A stretch of 54,340 nt of DNA, taken from positions 5,890 to 60,229 of the forward strand of contig CAYWQQ010000001.1 of NCBI GenBank assembly GCA_964461005.1. The letters are read 5' to 3'. This DNA is from an uncultured Muribaculaceae bacterium. Its GTDB lineage: Bacteria; Bacillota_I; Bacilli_A; RF39; UBA660. Of this stretch, positions 31,809-40,801 are shown in pieces; within the stretch, counting starts at the first letter, position 1, and each line of letters opens with the position of its first letter. Below the pieces are notes generated by a model. That model had not been told where the DNA came from. It saw only the letters and a program-made list of their open reading frames with translations, and searched no databases. The position numbers and the translations under genes are program-made.

Positions 31809-32294
31809 TTATTTTTGTTCACTGTACAAATTTAAACAGATTGACAAATCTTTTACTATTCCCATCATTCCGCTTGCTAACATATTTAACAATGTATCTC
31901 TTGATGGAATTGTTGCTAAATTATTTAATTCTTCTAATGTTGCTATTTTCCCTTCAATAATTCCGCCTTTAATTTCTAAAGTCTTATGATCTTTAGCGAA
32001 ATTTGTTAAAACTTTAATAGGATCAATCATTTCTTTTGAAATTGTTATAGCGCTTGGTCCTGCTAATACATCTCCTAAATCTATTTTCAAATTTTCTAAA
32101 GCTCTTCTAACTAGAGTGTTTTTATAGATTTTTAAATCAGTCCCTGACTCTTTTAATTTTATTCTTAAAAGATTTGTTTCGTCAACTGTTAAACCTCTAT
32201 AATCAACGAATATTACAGAAGCAGACTCTTCAATTTTGTCTTTAATAACTGAAACTACTTCTTGTTTTTTTTCTAAAACTTTTTTACTAGGCAT
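31809..32294 (-). CDS. rplJ: 50S ribosomal protein L10
   Basis: The start is corrected to ATG 32294 (MPSKKVLEKKQEVV), with SD aaggagg 8 nt upstream. Confidence 0.95.
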   Translation of the reverse strand: MPSKKVLEKKQEVVSVIKDKIEESASVIFVDYRGLTVDETNLLRIKLKESGTDLKIYKNTLVRRALENLKIDLGDVLAGPSAITISKEMIDPIKVLTNFAKDHKTLEIKGGIIEGKIATLEELNNLATIPSRDTLLNMLASGMMGIVKDLSICLNLYSEQK

Positions 32295-32428
32295 TCTATG
32301 GCACCTCCTTTTCATATAAAAAACCTTCGTAGACAATCTGCGAAGGTTAAAACTTATTAGTCTTATTTCCCTCGGTAGGAATACATTAAGCTTTCGCTCC
32401 TACTGTCTTCGGTTTTTAATTCTTTTTT
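32295..32428 (-). promoter_or_regulatory. rplJ-rplL leader RNA (L10-leader-like) ending in an intrinsic terminator/attenuator
   Basis: About 130-nt untranslated leader. It contains the stem GTAGGA...TCCTAC and a terminal hairpin aaccttcg (32322-32329) / cgaaggtt (32341-32348), followed on the minus strand by TTTTTAT just before the SD. Position and layout match the Firmicutes L10 leader. Not checked against a covariance model. Confidence 0.55.
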
Positions 32429-32457
32429 AGTATACTATTTTTATTTTTATTTGTCAA
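32429..32457 (-). promoter_or_regulatory. rplJL promoter (-35 TTGACA, 17 nt, -10 TATACT)
   Basis: Reverse complement: tgtcaa at 32452-32457 (inside the last rplA codons) and agtata at 32429-32434. Confidence 0.7.
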
Positions 32458-33145
32458 AGGAATTCTCATCAATTTTAATTCCAGGACCCATTGTTGTTGA
32501 AATAACTATACTTTTAATATATACGCCTTTAGCTGCAGTTGGTTTGATTTTTTTAATTAATTGTACAAATGCAAATAAATTTTCTAATAAACTTTCTTCT
32601 GAAAATGAAACCTTACCAATAATTGCATGAACGATACCAAAACTATCAGTTTTATATTCGATCATTCCTTTTTTAACGTCAGCTACTGCTTTTGCAATAT
32701 CATTAGTTACAGTGCCTGTTTTAGGGTTTGGCATTAGTCCTTTAGGCCCTAAAATTTTTCCTAATTTTCCTAATAAAGGCATCATATCTGGTGTAGCGAT
32801 AATTACATCAAAATCTAACCAGTTACTTTTTTCAATTTTTTCAATTAAATTTATATCTCCAACATAATCTGCTCCAGCATTTTCAGCATCTTTGGCTTTT
32901 TCGCTTTTAGCTAAAACTAAAATTCTTTTTGTTTTTCCAGTTCCGTTAGGTAAAACAAAAGCTCCTCTTATTTGTTGATCAACTTTTTTTGTATCTAAGT
33001 TTAATCTGATTGCTAATTCTACTGAAGAATCAAATTTTGTTGTAGTTAATTCTTTTGCTAATTTTACAGCATCCTCTGCTGAATATAAAGCTTTCTTATC
33101 AAATTTTTTTAATAATTCTTCATATTTTTTACTTCTTTTTTTCAT
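32447..33145 (-). CDS. rplA: 50S ribosomal protein L1
   Basis: 232 aa with canonical L1 sequence. SD aaggag. Confidence 0.96.
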   Translation of the reverse strand: MKKRSKKYEELLKKFDKKALYSAEDAVKLAKELTTTKFDSSVELAIRLNLDTKKVDQQIRGAFVLPNGTGKTKRILVLAKSEKAKDAENAGADYVGDINLIEKIEKSNWLDFDVIIATPDMMPLLGKLGKILGPKGLMPNPKTGTVTNDIAKAVADVKKGMIEYKTDSFGIVHAIIGKVSFSEESLLENLFAFVQLIKKIKPTAAKGVYIKSIVISTTMGPGIKIDENSFDK

Positions 33146-33196
33146 ATTTTATCTCCTTCTGTGGTTTTAACGGTTCCCCTCCCACTTTAAAAAACA

Positions 33197-33625
33197 TTAT
33201 TCTTCTTTAATTTCGATTCCCATACTTTTAGCAGTACCTTCAATTATCTTGATAGCTGCTTCGATATCATAAGCATTTAAATCTACTAATTTTTTTTCGG
33301 CAATTTCACGAACTTGTTTTTTAGTTACGCTGCCAACTGTTTCTTTTGAACAAATTGCAGTACCTTTTTTTACACCGCTAGCTTTTTTTAATAAAAATGC
33401 TGCTGGTGATGTTTTAATAACAAATGAAAAAGAGCGATCATCATAAATTGAGATCTCAGCGGGAACTATATCTCCCATCATTTCTTTTGTTTCCTCATTA
33501 AATCTTGTGCAAAACTCTTGTAAATTAATTCCAGCTGGTCCAAGAACTGTTCCAACTGGTGGTGCTGATGTTGCACGACCTGCTTCCATTTGTAATTTGA
33601 TTTTTTTAACGATTTCTTTAGCCAC
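33197..33625 (-). CDS. rplK: 50S ribosomal protein L11
   Basis: The start is corrected to GTG 33625 (MAKEIVKKIKLQMEAG), with AGGAGG 8 nt upstream. The ORF-track start is a GTG inside the SD. Confidence 0.95.
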   Translation of the reverse strand: MAKEIVKKIKLQMEAGRATSAPPVGTVLGPAGINLQEFCTRFNEETKEMMGDIVPAEISIYDDRSFSFVIKTSPAAFLLKKASGVKKGTAICSKETVGSVTKKQVREIAEKKLVDLNAYDIEAAIKIIEGTAKSMGIEIKEE

Positions 33626-33720
33626 GAAAAACACCTCCTATTTATTTTTTTTCGCGAGTGGTAAAGCGTATAATTTAATACTCCCACTTTATTTTTATTA
33701 CATTGTAATAAAGCACATTC

Positions 33721-33749
33721 ATTTTAGCATTGTTTTTATTTGTTTGCAA
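33721..33749 (-). promoter_or_regulatory. rplK-rplA promoter (-35 TTGCAA, 17 nt, -10 TAAAAT with upstream TG)
   Basis: ttgcaa at 33744-33749 and atttta at 33721-33726 (reverse complement TAAAAT), leaving a leader of about 90 nt. Confidence 0.6.
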
Positions 33750-33757
33750 TCATAAAA

Positions 33758-34294
33758 TTAAATTCTTTCTACTTGTGATATTTCTACTTCAATTGTTGTT
33801 TCTTGCCCAAACAAATCAACGATAACTTTTAATCTTTGATTTTCTTCATCTATAAAATCAATTCTTCCTTCCATTGAACTGAATGGACCAGATACCATTT
33901 TAACTTTGTCGCCTATATTTATTTCGGTTCCTACTTGTAATCTACTCATTCCCATTTGTTTTAAAATAAGATCAGCTTCAACTGGAGATAAAGGAATTGG
34001 TTTTGCTCCTTTTCCACTTGAACCAATAAAGCCTGTAACACCAGGTGTATTACGAACTACATACCACGCTTCATCCGACATAATCATTTCAATTAAAACG
34101 TAACCCGGAAATAACTTTTTGGTTTTTTCTTTTTGTACTCCATCTTTGATTTCGATTTCTGTTTGTTCTGGAACTACAACTCTAAAAATATATTCTTGCA
34201 TATTTAAAGATTCTAAACGCATTTCTAATTTTTCTTTAACTTTATTTTCATGACCAGAGTAAGTATTTACTACATACCAGCGTTTTTCTTCCAT
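33758..34294 (-). CDS. nusG: transcription termination/antitermination factor NusG
   Basis: 178 aa with the NGN domain start (RWYVVNTYSGHENKV) and a C-terminal KOW domain. Confidence 0.96.
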   Translation of the reverse strand: MEEKRWYVVNTYSGHENKVKEKLEMRLESLNMQEYIFRVVVPEQTEIEIKDGVQKEKTKKLFPGYVLIEMIMSDEAWYVVRNTPGVTGFIGSSGKGAKPIPLSPVEADLILKQMGMSRLQVGTEINIGDKVKMVSGPFSSMEGRIDFIDEENQRLKVIVDLFGQETTIEVEISQVERI

Positions 34295-34483
34295 TTACTT
34301 TAACACTTCCTTTAAAAAAACCAATATTATATTAATAACAAAAAAATATAAAGCAAAAAAAATACAAAAACTCAAAACTGCTGTAGAGTATTTTATCATA
34401 TCTTTTTTGTTTGGCCATCTGATTTTTTTAACTTCTTTTTTTACATTTAGAAAGTAATCTTTTATCATATTTTTCACTTCCAT
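34295..34483 (-). CDS. secE: preprotein translocase subunit SecE
   Basis: 62 aa with VKKEVKKIRWPNKKD followed by a single TM helix. It lies directly upstream of nusG. The second ATG (34468) is an alternative start. Confidence 0.85.
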   Translation of the reverse strand: MEVKNMIKDYFLNVKKEVKKIRWPNKKDMIKYSTAVLSFCIFFALYFFVINIILVFLKEVLK

Positions 34484-34486
34484 TTT

Positions 34487-34513
34487 CCCAAAATAAAAAC
34501 ACTTTCTTGTGTT
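34487..34513 (-). terminator. terminator-like hairpin between sigH and secE
   Basis: Stem aaacac (34496-34501) / gtgttt (34508-34513), followed on the minus strand by TTTATTTTG. It ends only about 4 nt before the secE ATG. Confidence 0.55.
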
Positions 34514-34556
34514 TACAAATACAAAATAACATATTCGTATATCAAAGTCAATGTTT

Positions 34557-35165
34557 TTAATAATTGTTTTTTATTTTGTTTTTAATTCTTTGAATAGTGC
34601 TATCAATTGATTTGTAAGTTTTATTCAACTTTTCAGCTATTTCTCTGTATTCATAACCTTTTAATCGATATTTCAATACTTGAACTTCAAATGGTGATAA
34701 AATTTTCTTGATTTTTTCATTTAATTCTTTTTCGGTTTCATCTTTAATAATTTTTTCACTTGGATCAAGTTCGTTCTTATCAAATAGCTTTTCTAACAAA
34801 GTTTTAGCTTCTTTAGAAAAATCATCATCAATTGAAATAGAATCGTTTAAATTTTTATGTTTTAATCGGTCTGCTTTTTTAATAGAAGAACTAATCTGTC
34901 TTTCTATACAAAGGCTAGCAAAAGTGGAAAACTTAATGTTTTTACTTTCGTCAAAATCTTTAATTGATTCATTTAAGCCAATTAATCCTTCTTGGATTAA
35001 ATCATTAATATCTAAACCTTTGTTTTTTCCAAAATTTATATATTTTCTTGATTTTATTTCAACTATTGGTAAGTATTTTTTATAAAGAACATCATATGCG
35101 ACTTCATTCTTTTCATAAATTAAATATAAAAGTTCAGAATCATTATATTCTTTATAATTTTTCAT
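34557..35165 (-). CDS. sigH: RNA polymerase sigma factor, SigH-like
   Basis: 202 aa. Region 2 (DLIQEGLIGLNESIKDFDESKNIKFSTFASLCIERQI) aligns closely by eye to B. subtilis SigH, and region 4 has an HTH (YREIAEKLNKTYKSIDSTIQRIKNKI). The position upstream of secE-nusG is conserved. Confidence 0.8.
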   Translation of the reverse strand: MKNYKEYNDSELLYLIYEKNEVAYDVLYKKYLPIVEIKSRKYINFGKNKGLDINDLIQEGLIGLNESIKDFDESKNIKFSTFASLCIERQISSSIKKADRLKHKNLNDSISIDDDFSKEAKTLLEKLFDKNELDPSEKIIKDETEKELNEKIKKILSPFEVQVLKYRLKGYEYREIAEKLNKTYKSIDSTIQRIKNKIKNNY

Positions 35166-35172
35166 ATAACAC

Positions 35173-35880
35173 CTACTTTCTTTGTTTTTTTAATATTTCG
35201 AAAACAATAATTCCTGTTGCTACTGAAGCATTTAAACTGTTGATTTTACCAATCATAGGAATATTAACTATATAATCACATTCTTTTTCTACTAAAGAGC
35301 TTATACCAGCACCTTCATTACCTATTATTAAGCAAACATTCATGTCATAATCTATTTCATAATATGTTTTAGGTGCTTCCATCTTAGTTCCGACCATCCA
35401 AAATCCTTTTTCTTTTAATTTTTTCATAGTGTCTACTATATTTGATACTAAGCAAACCTTAATATTATCTAATGCTCCTGAACTAACTTTCATTACAGTA
35501 GAATTAATTTGTACACTTCTTTTATTAGGAATGATGATTCCATCTACTCCCGCCGCTTCACAAGTCCGAATAATTGCTCCCAAATTATGAGGGTCTTCAA
35601 TATGATCTAAAATTACAAAAAAACTTGGTGTTTTAGCTTGTTTTATTAAACTATCCAAATCATAATAATCATAATCATCTATGTCAATTATTATACCTTG
35701 ATTTAAACCTGGAGCAAGGTTATTCATTTCTCTTATTGATTTTATCTCATAACTAAAATTAATTTTTTTTATTAGACTTATGATGTTTTTGTCATTAAAA
35801 TTATCTGATAAATATATTTTGTTGATTTTTTGATGCCCTTCTAATATTGCTGTAGCACTGTTTTTACCAAAAATTAACAT
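35173..35880 (-). CDS. rlmB: 23S rRNA (guanosine-2'-O-)-methyltransferase RlmB (SpoU/TrmH family, YacO-like)
   Basis: 235 aa with SpoU motifs (DPHNLGAIIRT, GNEGAGIS, SLNASVA). Confidence 0.85.
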   Translation of the reverse strand: MLIFGKNSATAILEGHQKINKIYLSDNFNDKNIISLIKKINFSYEIKSIREMNNLAPGLNQGIIIDIDDYDYYDLDSLIKQAKTPSFFVILDHIEDPHNLGAIIRTCEAAGVDGIIIPNKRSVQINSTVMKVSSGALDNIKVCLVSNIVDTMKKLKEKGFWMVGTKMEAPKTYYEIDYDMNVCLIIGNEGAGISSLVEKECDYIVNIPMIGKINSLNASVATGIIVFEILKKQRK

Positions 35881-36251
35881 GTTTCACCTACTATCTTTTG
35901 AATTATTTCTTCTATTCTTTTATTGTTGTTTTCTAAATATAAACTTCCAAATAATGATTCGAGACCTGTAGAAAGTTTATGAGCTATGATATTTGTTTTT
36001 CTTCTACTTCCTTCTTTTGTATTTCTAGCTCTCTTTATTATTTCAATTTCTAATTCAGAAAAAAAATTTTGGTCAACTAATTCTTTTAACTTTGAAGCTT
36101 GTGCTGTGGCACTTACATATTTTTCTGAATTTTTTTGTAATTCTTTTACCTTTTTGAAACCTTGAGAAATTAGATGTTTTCTTATCTCTAGTTCATATAT
36201 TGCATCTCCAAGATATGCTAAGATCAATGGATTAATATTATTTGTTTTCAC
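35874..36251 (-). CDS. mrnC: mini-ribonuclease 3
   Basis: LAYLGDAIYE RNase III-like signature. The likely start is GTG 36251, with SD aggtga 4 nt upstream (ORF-track start 36260). Confidence 0.85.
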   Translation of the reverse strand: MKTNNINPLILAYLGDAIYELEIRKHLISQGFKKVKELQKNSEKYVSATAQASKLKELVDQNFFSELEIEIIKRARNTKEGSRRKTNIIAHKLSTGLESLFGSLYLENNNKRIEEIIQKIVGETC

Positions 36252-36287
36252 TTGTATCACCTAATTCATTTTATCACATTAAAAATA

Positions 36288-36319
36288 AATAAAAAAGAAA
36301 TAAGCACTTTCGTGCTTAT
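36288..36319 (-). terminator. rho-independent terminator after the divIC-like gene
   Basis: Stem ataagcac (36300-36307) / gtgcttat (36312-36319), followed on the minus strand by TTCTTTTTTATTT. It overlaps the TAA stop. Confidence 0.8.
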
Positions 36320-36606
36320 GGTAATTTAATAGTATATTCTCCGTCTTTTGAATACAAATATTTTTCTCTAGCATATTTTGCAACATAATCTGGATCACTT
36401 AATTTTTTTACTTCGCTTTGCAAATATGTAGTTTTTTCTTTTAAAATATTTAAATTATCTGATAATTTTTTTTCTTTTTGATTTGAGTTTTGTATTTGTA
36501 TATATAATGAAACAATATTAGAAGCAAATAAAACACACATTATTAAAGTGATAAAAGAAAATAATTTTAACCTTCTTTTTGTAGGTTTTGTAACTTTATT
36601 ACTCAT
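36316..36606 (-). CDS. septum formation initiator family protein (DivIC/FtsB-like)
   Basis: N-terminal TM helix, a coiled coil, and the DPDYVAKYAREKYLYSKDGE motif. The likely start is ATG 36606 (MSNKV). Confidence 0.72.
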   Translation of the reverse strand: MSNKVTKPTKRRLKLFSFITLIMCVLFASNIVSLYIQIQNSNQKEKKLSDNLNILKEKTTYLQSEVKKLSDPDYVAKYAREKYLYSKDGEYTIKLP

Positions 36607-36678
36607 ACATATCACCAGACCTTAAAAAGATTATATCATTTATTGATAAATATAGTAAAGGTCTTTAACATTTATATA

Positions 36679-36711
36679 CAAAAAAAGAACCATTTTTATT
36701 CTTGTGGTTCT
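36679..36711 (-). terminator. rho-independent terminator after spoVG
   Basis: Stem agaacca (36686-36692) / tggttct (36705-36711), followed on the minus strand by TTTTTTG. The upstream arm lies in the last codons of spoVG. Confidence 0.7.
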
Positions 36712-37004
36712 TCGTTATTTTCTACAATTTCGTTTTCTACAATGCCATTTTCTACCTTTTCATATTCTGGTAAAATTGCATCCTCAAACATTTTTCTAGC
36801 TTCTGGAGTAACTGGATGAGCAATATCTCTATATCCACCTGTTGCTGTCTTACGACTTGGCATTGCTATAAATATTCCTTTATCTCCTTCAATTATTCTA
36901 ATGTCATGAACTGCAAAACAATCATCAATTAAAATTGATGCTATTCCTCTCATGCGTGAATCTTCTTTTTCTATTTTTCTGACATTTACTGATGTGATTT
37001 TCAT
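36696..37004 (-). CDS. spoVG: septation/regulatory protein SpoVG
   Basis: The start is corrected to ATG 37004 (MKITSVNVRKIEKEDSRMRGIASI, the canonical SpoVG N-terminus), with SD gggagga upstream. Confidence 0.92.
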   Translation of the reverse strand: MKITSVNVRKIEKEDSRMRGIASILIDDCFAVHDIRIIEGDKGIFIAMPSRKTATGGYRDIAHPVTPEARKMFEDAILPEYEKVENGIVENEIVENNEEPQE

Positions 37005-37077
37005 TAACTTTTCCTCCCAATTGTATATCTTATACAATTTAATATTAGCATTATAATTCTATAAAATCAAGGTTTTA

Positions 37078-37866
37078 TTATAAATTGTTAGCTATATCAA
37101 TAAATTGTTCTATGGACAGTTTTTCAGCTCTAACACTTAAATCTAAATTGTATTTTCTTAATACTTGTTCAACTTTAATCAAATCATAATTTTTTATGTT
37201 GTTTTTTAACGTTTTTCTTTTTTGAAGAAATGCTTCTTTAACAAATTTAAAAAATAATTTTTCATTTTTTACATTATATTTTTCTGTCCTTTTTTTAAAT
37301 TGAATTATCAAACTATCTACATTTGGCTTTGGATAAAATGCGTTTTTTGAAACCAAAAACATTTTTTTAACATCAAAATAGTACTTAATAAATACAGTTA
37401 AAGAACCATATTCTTTTGTCCCTGCTTGAGCTGCCAATCTATCTCCTACTTCTTTTTGAACCATTAACAACATTTTTTCTGGTTCAAAATCAGATTCGAT
37501 GATTTTAGTTATTATAGGTGTTGTTATGTAATAAGGAAGATTTGCTATTACATATTTTTTTTGATTTGTATATGATTTTAAATCATCATTTAAATTTCTT
37601 TTTAGAAAGTCATCATATATTATATTTAAATTTAAATTTTTCTCAAATCTTTTGTCTAGGCCTTCTTTTAAACTCTCATCTATTTCATATCCTAATAAAG
37701 TTATTTTTTCTTTTATTAATTGTTCTGTTAAATTACCAGTTCCAATTCCAATTTCAATAACTAATGAGTCAGATTCTATCTCGGCTGTTTTTACAATTTT
37801 TTTCAATATATTATTATCAATTAAAAAGTTTTGACCAAACTTTTTTTTAGGTTTTATTAGTTCCAT
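37078..37866 (-). CDS. rsmA: 16S rRNA (adenine1518/1519-N6)-dimethyltransferase
   Basis: 262 aa with KKFGQNFL, IEIGIGTG and NLPYYIT motifs of KsgA/RsmA. Confidence 0.95.
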   Translation of the reverse strand: MELIKPKKKFGQNFLIDNNILKKIVKTAEIESDSLVIEIGIGTGNLTEQLIKEKITLLGYEIDESLKEGLDKRFEKNLNLNIIYDDFLKRNLNDDLKSYTNQKKYVIANLPYYITTPIITKIIESDFEPEKMLLMVQKEVGDRLAAQAGTKEYGSLTVFIKYYFDVKKMFLVSKNAFYPKPNVDSLIIQFKKRTEKYNVKNEKLFFKFVKEAFLQKRKTLKNNIKNYDLIKVEQVLRKYNLDLSVRAEKLSIEQFIDIANNL

Positions 37867-37879
37867 TTTTACCTCTTCT

Positions 37880-37908
37880 TATATAAAAAGATTGTTTAAA
37901 CAATCTTT
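37880..37908 (-). terminator. rho-independent terminator after the 3D-domain gene
   Basis: Near-perfect palindrome aaagattgtt (37887-37896) / aacaatcttt (37899-37908), followed on the minus strand by TTATAT. Confidence 0.65.
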
Positions 37909-38426
37909 TATCTTCCTATTCGCATTATTTCAAACGTCAGATTTTTTTGTCTTCCAACAAATCTTGCTTCTTCTTGTGTTGCAAAAAGTAAATCTATTAC
38001 ATTTCCTCTAACACCTCGATCTAAAATTATTGCATAGAAAGGTTCGGAAGAAATTCTTTTTGAATTGATTCTTAGTATCGTTCCTAATTTATATTTTTCA
38101 GATGAAGCGACAATTCTTATTTGACCATAGTCTTTATCATAATAGTAAATATTACCATTTCTGGCATCGTGTCCGCTAGCGGTAATTCCGCTGCACTTTT
38201 GACAATCAGGGCCATATCCAGTTAATTCTCCAATAAATTTGTCAAGAATTAATTTTTCAGAAACATCTTTTGGAACAGAGTTATATTTTATATTTTCAAT
38301 TGAAATTGGTTTAAGTTTTTCAATTTTTCCTGTGTTTTTTATTTCATAAGGCAACACTAACGAAAAAGCTATAACAAAAGAAAACGCATATATTACTTTA
38401 ATTATTTTAAATAATTTGCTTTTCAT
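37908..38426 (-). CDS. 3D (RlpA-like double-psi beta-barrel) domain protein, YabE-like, with N-terminal membrane anchor
   Basis: C-terminal GELTGYGPDC..C..TASG...DRG motif of 3D domains. It holds the same position between tatD and rsmA as B. subtilis yabE. The likely start is ATG 38426 (MKSKLFKII), with SD agaggtga. Confidence 0.72.
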   Translation of the reverse strand: MKSKLFKIIKVIYAFSFVIAFSLVLPYEIKNTGKIEKLKPISIENIKYNSVPKDVSEKLILDKFIGELTGYGPDCQKCSGITASGHDARNGNIYYYDKDYGQIRIVASSEKYKLGTILRINSKRISSEPFYAIILDRGVRGNVIDLLFATQEEARFVGRQKNLTFEIMRIGR

Positions 38427-38460
38427 TATATCACCTCTTACCTTTATAATTGTAACATTT

Positions 38461-39216
38461 TTAACTACTAAAGTCAAATAATGTCAATGCATTGGTTGTT
38501 GTTTGTTGGGCAACAAAATCAATAGTTTTATCTTTAATTTTTGCGATTTCTTCAGCAATAAATTTTATATTTGCCGACTCATTATTTTGCCCTCTTTTTG
38601 GTTCTGGTGATAAATATGGTGAATCTGTTTCTAAAAGCAAATGTTCAATATCTATTTCTTTAATCACATCTCTTAAATTGCTGTTTTTAAAAGTTATTAT
38701 GCCACCAATCCCTAATTTGTAATTTATATTAATTATTTCTTTGGCAAAATTCAAATCGGATGAGAAACAGTGAAAAACTCCTCTCAAGTTGTGTTTTTTG
38801 ACTATTTCCAATGTTTCTTGATTGGCGTTTCGATTATGAATTATTACAGGCAATTGCAATTTCTCTGCTAGCAATAAATGTTGTTCGAAAATTTTGACTT
38901 GCTGACTTATATTTTCTCTACCATAAAAAAAATCTAATCCTATTTCTCCTATTCCTATAACTTTCGAATTAATTGCTAGTTTTTCAAGTACAGAAATATA
39001 GTTATCTTGAATATTTTCTATATTGTTGGGGTGAATACCAATTGTACAATATAAATTATCGTATCTATTAGATATTTCAACAACTTTCATACTAGTTTCT
39101 AAATCAACCGCTGATATTATCATCTTTTCTACTTTATTCCTTTTTGCATTCTCTATATATTTAATTATTTCTTCTTCACTTAATTCATCAATATGACAAT
39201 GAGTATCAATAAACAT
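38461..39216 (-). CDS. tatD: TatD-family metal-dependent DNase/hydrolase
   Basis: 251 aa with FIDTHCH, GEIGLD and HCFS motifs. Confidence 0.9.
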   Translation of the reverse strand: MFIDTHCHIDELSEEEIIKYIENAKRNKVEKMIISAVDLETSMKVVEISNRYDNLYCTIGIHPNNIENIQDNYISVLEKLAINSKVIGIGEIGLDFFYGRENISQQVKIFEQHLLLAEKLQLPVIIHNRNANQETLEIVKKHNLRGVFHCFSSDLNFAKEIININYKLGIGGIITFKNSNLRDVIKEIDIEHLLLETDSPYLSPEPKRGQNNESANIKFIAEEIAKIKDKTIDFVAQQTTTNALTLFDFSS

Positions 39217-39231
39217 AATTTTTTTCTCCTA

Positions 39232-39262
39232 TAAAAAAATTATACCATTTTTTGGTATAATT
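39232..39262 (-). terminator. rho-independent terminator after metG
   Basis: Stem aattatacca (39238-39247) / tggtataatt (39253-39262), followed on the minus strand by a T-run. Confidence 0.75.
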
Positions 39263-40801
39263 TTATTTTTTTTCTATTCTCATAAATAAAGGTTCTATCT
39301 TTTCAATTTTATTTTTATTACTCAAATATCCAAATTTTTCTATTGTACCGAAACTTCTATCTTCAATATCAAAAATATTTAATATTTTTTGAGACGTTTT
39401 AGGCATGTATGGCTGTAATAAAACACCAATAAAACGAATTGATTCTAGCAAATTGTATATCGTTGTTTTTAATTCTTCTTTTTTTGATTCATCTTTAGCT
39501 AATAACCAAGGAGCTTTTTCATCTATATATTTATTACATCTTCTTGATAAATTAATTATTTCTGACAAACTGTCACTAACATGTAAATCATTCATTTTTT
39601 GTTTTACATTATCTTTTGTTTTTAAGGCATAATCAATCAGTTCTTGATCAATTTGGTCACAATTTTTACCCTCAATAATTTGACTATTAAAATATTTTGA
39701 GTTCATAGCGATTGTTCTATTTATCAAATTACCTAAGTTGTTTGCTAAATCCGAATTTGTTTTTTCAGTAATTAATTCTTCAGAAATCAGGCCATCATTA
39801 GCATAAGGCATTTCGCTTAGCAAATAATAGCGCAGTGCTTCCACACCAAAAATGTTTGCTAATTCATCAGCATAATTTAAAGACCCTTTTGATTTGCTAA
39901 TTTTCCCTTCATTATTTATATACCATGAATGAGCGTATATTTTTTTGGGAAGTTCTAATCCCAAAGACATTAATATTACTGGCCAATATATCATATGAAA
40001 TCTCAAAATATCTTTACCAATTATATGTAAATCTGCTGGCCATAAATTTAAAAATTCTTTATTGTTGGAATTTTCTGGATCATAACCAATAAAATTAATA
40101 TAATTTGTTAAGGCATCAATCCAAACATATATTACATGTTTCTCTTCAACAGGGACAGGAATACCCCATTGGAAAGAACTTCTTGAAATACATAAATCTT
40201 GTAACCCTGGCTTAATAAAATTGTTATATATTTCATTTTTACGACTAATTGGTTCAATAAAATCAGGATTATCATCATAATATTTTTTTAATTTATCTAC
40301 ATATTTCGATAATTTTAAAAAATATGCTTCTTCTGAAACAGAAGTGACTTCCCTACCACAATCAGGACATTTACCATCAACCAATTGACTATTAGTAAAA
40401 AACGATTCACAAGGAACACAATATAGTCCTTCGTAATTACCTTTATATATATCTCCATTATCTAACATTTTCTTAAAAATTTTTTTAACTATTTCCTTAT
40501 GTTCCGGATTTGTCGTTCTAACAAAAGAATCATATGAACAATCCATTAAATCCCATATTTCTTTTACTTGTGAAGAAATTCCATCAACATATTCTTGAGG
40601 ACTTTGATTATTTTCAAAAGCTTTTTTTTCTATTTTCAAACCATGTTCATCTGTTCCGGTTTGAAAAAACACATCATATCCTTCTAAACGCTTATATCTG
40701 GCAATTGCATCTGCTAAAACAGCTTCATATGTATTACCAATATGCGGTTTTGCTGAGGCATATACTATTGAGGTCGTAATATAATATTTACCTTTACTCA
40801 T
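39263..40801 (-). CDS. metG: methionine--tRNA ligase (short form, no C-terminal EMAPII-like domain)
   Basis: 512 aa with the class I HIGN motif (KPHIGNTYE), KISKS (KMSKS variant) and a Cys knuckle (CPDCG). Confidence 0.95.
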   Translation of the reverse strand: MSKGKYYITTSIVYASAKPHIGNTYEAVLADAIARYKRLEGYDVFFQTGTDEHGLKIEKKAFENNQSPQEYVDGISSQVKEIWDLMDCSYDSFVRTTNPEHKEIVKKIFKKMLDNGDIYKGNYEGLYCVPCESFFTNSQLVDGKCPDCGREVTSVSEEAYFLKLSKYVDKLKKYYDDNPDFIEPISRKNEIYNNFIKPGLQDLCISRSSFQWGIPVPVEEKHVIYVWIDALTNYINFIGYDPENSNNKEFLNLWPADLHIIGKDILRFHMIYWPVILMSLGLELPKKIYAHSWYINNEGKISKSKGSLNYADELANIFGVEALRYYLLSEMPYANDGLISEELITEKTNSDLANNLGNLINRTIAMNSKYFNSQIIEGKNCDQIDQELIDYALKTKDNVKQKMNDLHVSDSLSEIINLSRRCNKYIDEKAPWLLAKDESKKEELKTTIYNLLESIRFIGVLLQPYMPKTSQKILNIFDIEDRSFGTIEKFGYLSNKNKIEKIEPLFMRIEKK

